64,000 nucleotides of DNA from Balanoglossus misakiensis (taxonomy: Eukaryota > Animalia > Hemichordata): assembly GCA_040954595.2 (NCBI GenBank), contig CM082578.2:13856304-13920303 (forward strand), written 5' to 3'. A program made the translations under genes and the position numbers. The notes under the pieces are model-generated. The model was given only the letters and a program-made list of their open reading frames with translations, did no database searches and had not been told where the DNA came from. Shown here piece after piece: positions 53,154-64,000 of this stretch; position 1 is the first letter of the stretch, and each line of letters opens with the position of its first letter.

Positions 53154-53714
53154 CACTACCATCTGAAAACGTACCAGTTGTGTTACTTTTCATATTTCAA
53201 TCGGATTTTTAGCGATCTGGCACACGCTAGGCTAAAAAAGCATCCCAATGAGGGATTAGACCAACTCAAGTGAGTATAGTTTGGAACATACCGACAATCT
53301 CATTGATTTTAAATGATTTATATAGATGGACTTGCACAGTAGCCCTGACGCCTGTGGAAGTCAAACTAGCTTTGCCATTAGTCTTACGTGACAGCATTCG
53401 TATTCATGGGTAAGCGAATCTCGTTTACGGAATCAGTAGCGGTGCTTTGAAATTCAAAGTGCGATTTTTAAATCTGTGTGGATTACTTTAAGGCCTGGGT
53501 ATTGCTCATTTGATATTAAATTGACCATTAAAAGTGCCTGTATATACATCATGACTTGCACATGACTAGAGTACACTTACATGTAGTTACAGAGGAAGCT
53601 AGGTGAATCGTTATCCGTTGTACCTTGATAGACCTTACTGATGCTGACGAAGTTACTTCATATAAATGCTTGTAAAAGTAGTAGTGGCAATAAAAGTAAA
53701 AATTACAAAAATGT

Positions 53715-53739
53715 TGATGATGATGATGATGATGATGAT
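53715..53739 (+). repeat. (TGA)n microsatellite
   Basis: Explains the poly-His in the spurious ORF 53549..53761. Confidence 0.9.
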
Positions 53740-56700
53740 TTACCCTTATCAGATTGCACACAAAGGAAGACAGGTGATCTTTAATGTGTTCTCCTGAATA
53801 GTCATTCCTTATCTGAAGAGTTGCTATGGGAATGTAATCAATAAGTATTGTGTTGCATGAAACATTAAAACGTCGACGTCATATCTAAAAGCTACTTATT
53901 CTTGACAAAGAGCAGCCTTGGCTTTTTTGAGCGTGTATGAAGTGAACCTTGCTTTTAGCGTTTTTGGAGAGCAGCCGGCATATCCACATTGTTAGATGTG
54001 GCCACCAAGTGGTTTTTCTCTCAGGTAAATAACATCCTTGCGCTTTGGCTAACATCCTGTCCACGTGGACAGGCGTAGGTGACACTTATCTCGCTCTAAA
54101 TGGCACAGAAGAGATTTTAAGCCGGGTTCTTACAATGTATCCTTTTATGCCGGTAGCCGTACTACTTGCCTGATCAGACAACAGCTTTCGTCTTGCCACT
54201 AAAGCTCAATCAATGTGATGCATGGCTTTAAGGTGCCATGAGAGAACAGAATCTTTCAAATAATCATATACTGAACCTATATACAGTTTCGAAAATCTTA
54301 AATATTCATTCATTTTATTTTTTTGAGAATAAACCAATAAAACATGTTAAGCAATGACAACACAATTTCTGTACTTGCATTCCACAACAATATCCCTAAT
54401 TTCAAAAGAAATATTATAAATTATTTATAGGGCCTTTATATTGAATATTAGTCAAGGAATACTTCATTTGAAATGGGGTAGTTTTTTTCATCCTGGTCGA
54501 TGGATGTGATGAGTATTTACTCAAAGACTCCAAACCGACGCCGAAGCTTTTAAATGTTGTCTCCCACTTGTCGGCCCTACAGGCCGTGAGTGTAGTCATT
54601 AATGATTTAAAATTTCCCCCCGACTCTCTGCAATGTATGACGTAAATTCGATTTACTCGCATGGAATTTCATAAGCATGTCATAATTGTACAGGAGATGA
54701 AACGTGAGAGAGGGCTCAAACAACACTGCCATCATTAGTGCATTTCCTGGGGCCCTACAGACGGTAGAAATGTCATTAAGCCTTTTTATGAATTTTAAAA
54801 ATACGAAATGATGACTGGGATAGCTGTTTAACTGCAGGCTTTGCAGTACTTATGACATTTTAATTGCAAGAATAGACGTTAGATACATCAAGCAGAATCC
54901 TGAGTGAAAAATTGCGTGCCATACATATACATGTAAGCAAGATCCGTCTTTGGTTGAAATTTGCAAAGTTCACTCTGTGTTTTTTTTTTAGTTTATGGAA
55001 AGGTCTCGGTGTGAATGCAACACAAAAACGGACCAGGGTGTCACTGAAACTTAGGTTTCCTCAGGATGATGACATTAAAACTTAGAGGGAAAAGGCGCAA
55101 TATTCATTTTATTGTAACTCCAGGTTACTCAAATCAATGGTCATTGAAATACTGCGGCAAAATTTCCATGTCGCGCATTTGTTTCGAATTATAACTAGCA
55201 ATATATCTATACCTAGGTTTTTCTCTTATATGTCAATCTGTAATAACTGCTGGCCTGGTTATGTTCGCGCCTGAATACCGCGAAATACTTGATGTTAACA
55301 TGTGGACATATGACTGTGAGACATTGGATTTTTCCCAGCGGCTCGGTTGCTTCATTAGTTCTCACGACTATTTGTTTGAAAGTCTCGGGTAACGAATCAG
55401 AGTTATGTCATTTTAAAACTTTTTCTCACTTGGTGTTTTAATTGGCTTAAGTCACAATTTGGTCTGACAAGATGGAATCGTTCCGACAGTGTAGATTTAT
55501 TGATGCTTGGCGTCCCTTTGAACAGTGTAATTAAAAAATAATGCCAGCTTGTCGCTATGTTTGAAGCTTGACTCTTGTCAGACGTCTTTCGATTCTGATT
55601 GCAATGCTTTGACAATCATTAGAACATGGATAAGCCGCCTGCCTTTTCAGGCATTTGCTAGTGTCGCCCTTGTCATATTCGGAGTTATGCAACTATGGCG
55701 GCAACTGACATCTTGCGGTACGCTTAGTCAAGTGATCTTTAGAAAATGTTTTTTTAAAGAAAAGGCTTGTTAAGTTTACTTGTGTAACAAGTGTAAGCTG
55801 TGGGACGCTACTGGCCTCCATGTAGGACTTTTAAAATGTCTAGAGCGCATGCGTAGGGGAGAGATGTTATAATTCATCTACTTATTCTCTGTCAGATAAT
55901 AAAACACTTCGATAAATAACAATTGGACACTAATCTTGTTTTTCAATGAGCTTAAATAGCTGATGTATAAGGATAATGACTTGTATTTTCATTAACAAAA
56001 ATACTCTTGTAATTCATTCCATAATTTGCATGTAATTTAATCTAGGCAGCGCATTTTGAAGTGATTTACGGGGATGGAATGTAATCGTCTAGTGGTAAAC
56101 GTTGTCACTTTTCCGTCTAACAACAGCAACAAAATCGTATTCAACACGATTTAGAGTCAAGGTTCAAGAGATGCGACCGTAAGTCGTTTGATATAGCTCA
56201 CATATACATCCATCTATATTAATCACACAATGTGAGGCAAGAATTATTCAATTTTACCGAGTATCAGCGCTTGCACCATGCAAGAGTAGTAGCAGCTGCT
56301 TTAAAAGAACAATGTAGCTTCAACAGAGATAACACAACCCACCAGCAAAGCATTCAGCTGAACAATTATGCAGACTATTTTAACATTCTGAAGGGAAAAT
56401 CACAATATTAAATTGTGTTTTTTGTTCTTACTTGGTTCCTGACTGTCTACACAGGCCGCCCTGTTGGAGCAAAACTCTGAAGTTAAAATTTGCATATTGT
56501 CATTGTGCAGACACTGTTTTTCAAAATGTTACATGCAAGCGTCGTTTATCACAGGATTTCGCGACTTTTACGTAGTACGACTCTCACGGCAAATTCCGTA
56601 TACGTCATCACAACGCAATCAAAGGTCAGTCTTTACATTGTTATGTATTCAAGTTAAACGACATGGACCGAACTGCACATGCGCGACATCCTTTATGTAA

Positions 56701-59306
56701 GAGCAACTCTTTTCATTCACAATGCGTGGTGGTATTATACAGAGCATCTTTGATACGGCCATAGGAATCGTGGAATGGGAGACCCAAATCATCGCATTCC
56801 CTTGTGATCTGACAGAAGCATGGACGTAGTTCAACGGCCAGATATACACCAACTGTTCTTATGCTACTATAGTGTATTGTTATTGGTTGAACACTTAATA
56901 CAGTTGTATCTTTATCCCGCTGAGATAATGAAAGAAACCACCTGTCACATATGAACTAGTCATTTCAAATATGTCAAAAGTACGATTACAAGAGGCGAGG
57001 ACAAATTGATTAATTCTTTGAACTGAATCACGCTGATACACATTACATGTCTGAATCTACTGGTACACAAAAACGTATTTTTCATGAATATTATTTTAAG
57101 AGATTTCACACGCTTGGCGTTTATTTGGATGCCGTTATTCATTTTAATGGAGCATGTATATATGGGATTGAATTTACATTTTATTTTGAATTTTCGAATG
57201 GATCTTTAAAACTTGTTGTCACAAACGTTCACAGTGAGTGTCTAAAAACAAAAACATCAGCGAATGTTGAACTTATAAAATATAATTCAAGCTCTTAGTT
57301 TATTTTCCCTGGCCCTTTCTGGTACCAAATGGAGCATGCGCATTTATGTTTTTATAAGAATCTGGTGTTGAATGATGCCTATGGCGATTGCCATCCTTTC
57401 AAAATAATTTGTTAAAGCTTTGAAGGAGTACTTCAAAACAGATCATTAAACTTCAGCAAGTGCACACTTTACTCTGAAATGTCCAGAGAAGTGATTGGTG
57501 TGAGAATTTTGTGAAATCTTGATTACCCAGGTGCTAAAGCTGCCCTACTTATAGTACCACTTCAACTTGTTCATTTCCCGATTTGTTTCTTTGGTGGATG
57601 GCCCGACAAGGCCACCAGAGTGCTGCCTCGCAATTCACTCTACCGTTTACACGCGGACACAATTTGCAACTTGATACTGGAGAAGTGTTGCCAGGGTAAA
57701 GTGGAACAACTGGTTCGTACGTTTTCATTACCACCACACTGTTGTTATCTCGAGACCAGAGTGGGAAAATAACTGCAAAGGAGGTGCGTATACCAGTACA
57801 CCCAGATAGGATCGACATTTGTTTTCATTTTATATCAAACAATATTCATTTAACAGAGAAGTCAGTTTGTTTTGGTGTTTTGATGTCGGAATTAGTTCCA
57901 TCTGACACCACATACCACCTTTGTATTTGTAGTCCGTGCAGAAAAACAAATCCGCTCGCTTAGTCATCGAAATCCGCAAGCAATGCTGTTGATAGATTTA
58001 GCACCAATGGCCGGATTTCTATATTTTTCAGTGAAAGGCTTACACAGTTTTATCACTAAATTTAATTATACAGCATAAACATAAATAATTCAACAAAAAT
58101 TCCAAGCTCTAATCTTGGTGACACCACTCGCTGTGGTAAAATCTGTATACAGATGGTGTTTGAATTAGACATGATAATTGTTATATAATACTTTCCTACA
58201 TTGCACATTACACACCTCAACTATTAAAAATGTTTTATATCATAATATGAATAAATCTGATTAGATGGTCCCTAGAAACCTGCATACCAAATTTCAAAGC
58301 AATCTGACAAGTCAAGTCAGTTAAGGAAAGAAATGTGTATGGAGTTCTGGCCAAACCGACAAGAAGTGATGACGGGTGTCTTGAATACAGCAAGCGAATC
58401 CTATACCCATTGTTTACTCATCGACCAGCTCATGGCACCTTCCAGCCAAAGAGTGGTTCATTGAAGAAATGAGCCTTTGCATTCAGTAACCTTGATTCAT
58501 AAGTTTGAAAAACAGGTGGATGTGTCTCTCTGACTTTAAATCACCAAATGAACCCGGCCACATGCTCTTGCATAACGAATTGGCAGGGAAGAGTATGCCG
58601 TACCTAATAGTTGATGATAGTAAAATTAAAATTTATCTGTCTTGTCATAAAGCCTAGTACAAAGGTAACCGCTAGATTCAAATTGAAGAAAAATATCCGG
58701 ACATGACGCAAAAAAGCCGATTCTCTAGTTTCGCGAATATCCAATTAAGGAGGATGTAGCATACAGAGAAAATCATGTATGTATCTAAGTGTAACATTAC
58801 ACTTTTGGCTGCAGAGATCATAGTGTGACACAAAATAATATTCACATGTGCATCATAGTGCATTGCCTTTGGACCTGGTAATACTTCAAGACCGATGATT
58901 ATACACACTCGTGTAATCGCACAAGCACACACACATAGCTTACAGCAGCGTTTTTCTCAGTCTCAGACAAACGTAAAAACAAAAAAAATGCCAATTTTGA
59001 TGATTTCCTTGATAACTTTTACCACATAAATACCAAGAATATTTGAATAATGGCATGGTACTGTCAGGGCAGTACGTATAGATTTAAATAGATCACATTT
59101 GGACAATTCGCTAATACAATGTCAATACAAAACTGATTGGGTCCAAAAAATCATCAATCTCCAATTCTGTCCCGTACCATGCCGTGATGAGAAGTTGTGG
59201 TGAAGACACTCCTGATTGATGGTTGGGGTGGCAACGCATGCATAAAGGTAACGTTGTTGTGACACAAGTGCCACGTTTCCATCCGTGCTCTCTTGATCAT
59301 TATATA

Positions 59307-59521
59307 ATGATTGATTGATTTTTGATTGATCAATTTTTTGTTTGATTGCTAGCTTGATTTATTGATTGTCTGTCTGACTAATTGACTCACCGATTGATTG
59401 ATTGATTGATTGAGTGCTTGGTCAGTTGGTTGGTTGGTTGATCGATTGATTAATTGATGCACTGTCTTCCTTAATAATTGATTGATTGATTGATCAATCA
59501 ATCGATAGATTGATCCATCCC
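59307..59521 (+). repeat. Degenerate (GATT)n/(GGTT)n tetranucleotide array
   Basis: About 210 bp of gattgatt, ggttggtt, gtctgtct and atcaatca units. Confidence 0.9.
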
Positions 59522-61440
59522 ACCAAGGATTGCCTCAATGTATTTATGTTGGTTTTTGAATGCTCTGCTTATTACTGATGATGAAAACTCGTCCTAGCTA
59601 CAAAGGGCATGTAAATCTAGTAGTCTTATTCAGTCCTAGATGGTTCCAATCAATTACCGATAGATAGGAAAGGGAGCAACGTGTACTTTGGCCCTCACTT
59701 TTGCAGATACAATTACACTGTTGTCAAAATATAATTTCATGGCACAGCTGAAAATTGTTCAAATTAATTAGTACGTAAGCAGAAAAGAGACAGGATATAT
59801 CGATCAATGACCATCCAATAAATTTGCTCTATATCAGTCGACATTCGGAAGTTGTAAATGCCACTTAATGTGACAAACGACAGGGAGCAATGCGGCTGTT
59901 TGATTTTATTTGTCCAGCAACGTGCGTTAGAGTTAAGAACTGAACTAGCAGCGTGTCCCCTCATTGCGCGCGCGTCACTTCCAAGAGTTTGGCAGATGAG
60001 CTCGTTTGCGAGATACAGGTCACGTTGCTGCCGGAACATTTACAAATATCGTAAAAAGCAAAGCTGACAGAATGCAATCCTGTCTCGCCAGCCTGACTCC
60101 GTACTACCTTTAAAGTGACGGCGAGATAGTAGTGTCTGCTATTCCGGGGGTATTGCACCGCGTTTTTCACTGTGTGCACATGTGCTTCTGTAAAACATGC
60201 AGAAACACTGAATGAGCGCTCAGGAACTTCAAAATAGTTTTATTTACTTTTGCGCATGTTAACGACAAATCGAGCTCCGACAGTTAAGAACCTATATGTA
60301 GGATGTCTCACCTATTTCTGCTTCTCTGTATATATGCAACACTGATCTCCGTAAATATTAGGCGAAAGAAAAGCTTCCCGGGGGCCAAAACTACAGGCTT
60401 AATTCATGCTGATTTATGGTTTAGGTGAAGTGGAGGTCTCAATATGATATACCTGTGAGTTTCAGTCATTGTAGCTAACGTGTTTGACAAATGCCTCCAT
60501 AAGTCGTTGCTATGGAAACGGTCGTAAAGTAGCATCCGGTAGGACTGAGCGTATTAGCTTTCGAAACAAAATTGAAGTCACGCAACCACAATCAAGCTAG
60601 CAAATGAAAATCAACGCATTGTGAACTCCTATTGCAACAAAACCGATTTGGTTCGCAGATTAAAGAATAATGTATTGACAACAGACGACATATTACCCAA
60701 ATTAAGCTGCATGTCTCTATGTAATGTCAAGGATTTGCTGTCGACAGTGGTAAATTTAGAACCAAAGGTTCAGTGTTACCTACGTGCATTGCAGGTTTGG
60801 TTGAATACCACTGTAATGATTGGCGATTGATTTGATATTGGTGATATCAATCTCAACTGAACACAACCAGTGATGTTTTGGGTTTGACGCATGTCAATAT
60901 AGAGAAACGAAAGAACTGTTACAAGGATAGACTATGTTTTAGGTGCATAGAAACCGACAAGAGAGGGCAGATAATCAACCTAGAAGTGTTCCATTCCAAT
61001 TATGCGATACGTTCAAAAAGGTTTGAAAATTGGATTTGTCAAGCACCCGGCAACAGAATTCTTTGTGGCGGAACAGTGTGTGATTCATATCGATATTTCT
61101 GACAGCTATGGATGAAATCACCAACAAGGACTACATTTCACATGGAAATGCAAGCCATTCCGAGCTAATCAAATGCCTGTATGAATGCAGTCGTCGTATA
61201 TTCTTTCTTCGACATACATGAGAAAATTCACCCTCCGTTCGCGCCAGTGAGTCATGCATGTCAAATCATACATGTCTTACACCGCACAGGGCTACTCCAA
61301 ACATACTTAAGTCAGGCTACTGACGTAACGAGGTTGGAAGTCTTGGCATAACGGATAAAACGGCGACCTTTCATACTTCTTTTCAAGGAAATTATGGCAA
61401 TTTTGCCCGGGGCACAGTTTCTCGTTAAAGATGACTTTAA

Positions 61441-61682
61441 ATGGATAGAACGATAAATAGAGGATTTCTGCTCGAAATGCTTAATGAGACCGTGGTTGAG
61501 TGTGAAATTTTATCCGATGCCGGAATCGTGTTAGAAGTACTCCCACCGATTCTCTCGTCTGACACATTTGTGTCATGCCTTTTACCTCAACAACCCGACC
61601 AACAGAAATATTGGCTATTACGATATATTACGCCAATCTTCTACAGTGTCATTGTTGTATTACTGGACTGTTATTGAAGAAC
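61441..61682 (+). pseudogene. Possible decayed GPCR fragment (N-terminus + TM1)
   Basis: ORF with an NET sequon, then RYITPIFYSVIV; a frameshift continues ITGLLLKN, resembling class A TM1 (PxxYxxIxxxGxxGN). No TM2 onward found adjacent. Confidence 0.3.
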
Positions 61683-64000
61683 GTTACCTAATGTCAATTT
61701 CTCTCTCCAATCAGTTTCTCTTAAGCTAGTCTCTCTCTCACTCACCCTCTGTCAACACAAGAAAGGCTGGCGAAAGAAAGTTGACAGCTCCCCATCGATG
61801 CCCCTGCCTTCTTTCTTATCAAAACAATGGCTCTGATCAATGTTTAAGTTGCTGTGATTATACATGGCAAGTTCTCGTTTTATAGGAAGGAACGCATATT
61901 GCCAGGGAACTTGATAAGAAGTTGATGATAACTTTGGAACTTATATGTAATCCATCTCAATATGATTTACACCAAATTAAACATCAACTAATATTGGTTG
62001 TAACAATTGCGTGTTAGTTCTTACAGTTTTACAGGCAATAGTCTAGAAATATGCATCACACCACCATTCCAATTCGGGAATCCATTCACAGCAGAAATTT
62101 CTTAACAACTACGTCATTCCTTTATGTATGACCCAATCCCATTCTACACAATTTACATGTATGACGATCGTGACAAAGCTTGTGGATATGCTCGAAATCG
62201 TGGATGACGTCAGTCTCCTGAATGACAGTAGAGAGTCTTGTACATGCTATGAACAATTGTACCATGTAGTGCCAGGGGGGGAAGGGGGAAATGTGAACAT
62301 AAAGGTCACAATGTCACATTCTTATTTTGGACATATCCATATCAGATGGAATATTTGTCTACGGGCATAATGATTTACAGTTTTTGCGAAAACAATATCT
62401 CCTCACATCTTTCACTTTAGTCATAATTTCTCGTGGGATTCTACATTTATAGAGGTGCATGTGGACTCATGTCAAGTGTATCTGAGTGCCGAGTTGGAAT
62501 CTCTTAAAACACATTCAACGGATGACTTTATTCCTAAAGCTGGTGGCCTTTATAACACGACATCTTCTCACAGTGGTGAATATCAAAACAGTATTATTTC
62601 CACAAAGATGTGGCATCTTCTACCATGTGATAAAAACATTCAACACCAGTAGACTGTAACTAATCAAAATCAAACTCACATACATACAATTTATGTAATA
62701 TCTTATTTAAATATCAGACCGAAGTTATTGACATTCATTGACCAATAGTAGTGAAGATCAAATCATTTCCATTGCATAATAATCAAAGTTTTACATCCCA
62801 CAAACTCTGCCTCCACTCTTCAAAGCAATCTTTTTAACGAGCAACTTGAAGACAACAACATTAAATGACAATAAATCACGTTGAAGATATGTATCATACG
62901 GCAGGTATGTACACAATGGTAGTGTTAATATTTACGCATACTTTGCAGTTAATTAGCTCTATATCAAGACTGAAGCAAAATCAGTTTTATCTAAGCGGAC
63001 ATCATGTCTCCGTTGCCACGTTTTGCGATGAATTATAAATTAGCAGTAGACATGCGCTGTTGCCATGCATACTCGTCTCCATTGATTTTTCGCGAGCAGA
63101 CAAAAATCCGAAGTGAATGAGGTTAGGCGTCGGATTCCTAAATTCGCAGATCAATCAAAACTATCACAGAATTGTAGCAGATGTATGAAAACTTAGACAA
63201 GCTTTGTTCAACGTAGTCCAGCGTACGGCTTTGTGAAGTCTGAAGTGATGCTCTTTGCCCGTTCCACGGTTAAACCAAACATTTAATCCAATTTTCATAG
63301 TTTACATTAAATACTTAAACGCTAGTCATGCCTTGCCTATATGTTCTCCTCCAAGGCTTGGGGCAATTATCCAGCTCTCATAACGATTAATAGCCTTCCC
63401 ATGAGTCCGCTGTTATGGAAATGCTGTAATACATATCAAGATTTATCCTCGTGGCTTTCCGGATATCGGCTCAGTGCGCTGTCTACTGCCGACTCTATCA
63501 GCGGAGGTTTCTGTTCACTCGCTGCTAGTGCGGAAGGTAAGCCAGGCATGACATTATACTGTATTTTCTATTTCTGTGCCGAGAACCATATTTGATAATT
63601 ATTACATTTCATAACAATATGATATCGACTGAGTTTGCTCAAAGGTGCCCTTGAGTATGGACAAAGTTATTACGGCAATGCATGCTACACGCGGCTTTAA
63701 TTATTTGTAACTCTTATACGATTGAAAGGACACCGCGAATGATAGTGTGTCAATTGTGCGCCTTCGCCTCCTGTTCCAACTGTTTCGAGAGCATTGGTCT
63801 GATTTGAAACTCGACGGCTATGTTGAAGCCATTTTTAGACATCGGTAGACACAGACGCAAATGAAACCTTGTCAAAATCTCAGACCTGCCGTTCCCAAAG
63901 GCCGGTTGTCGTCTAATTTTCCTAACCATGCTAACCGGCGATTTCCTAAGTGAGATAAAGAAACCTACTAATTCTTTTCAACTACTACATCCCACGTTGT

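Noticed and set aside
1-64000. Prokaryotic systems (CRISPR arrays, operons, rRNA/tRNA genes) and autonomous transposon ORFs
   Set aside because: The sequence is spliced eukaryotic DNA. I saw no repeat-spacer arrays, intact tRNA cloverleafs, rRNA, or RT/integrase/transposase motifs.

Overview
AT-rich, gene-poor, intron- and repeat-rich animal genomic DNA. It is not prokaryotic; the repeat content suggests an invertebrate deuterostome such as a hemichordate or echinoderm, which is an inference. Two protein-coding loci are well supported. (1) Three GT-AG coding exons of EDEM1 (GH47 ER mannosidase-like protein) lie on the minus strand at 8042-7871, 7688-7505 and 5417-5326; I could not find its other exons in the window. 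(2) A class A GPCR of the TRH-receptor/NMU/ghrelin-type group with an intronless CDS lies on the plus strand at 21894-22976, apparently nested antisense in a very long EDEM1 intron. The most interesting signal is that the GPCR ends in the canonical stop-codon readthrough context UGA-CUAG, followed by an open 23-codon Ser/Thr-rich tail. Its 5' UTR also has alternative splice acceptors that include or exclude a strong-context uORF. Also present: a 720-bp solo LTR with a 4-bp TSD, a tRNA-derived CORE-like SINE, MITE and Helentron-like remnants, microsatellites, poly-G tracts, and a possible decayed GPCR N-terminus/TM1 fragment near 61.5 kb. Almost all other ORFs in the track look spurious.
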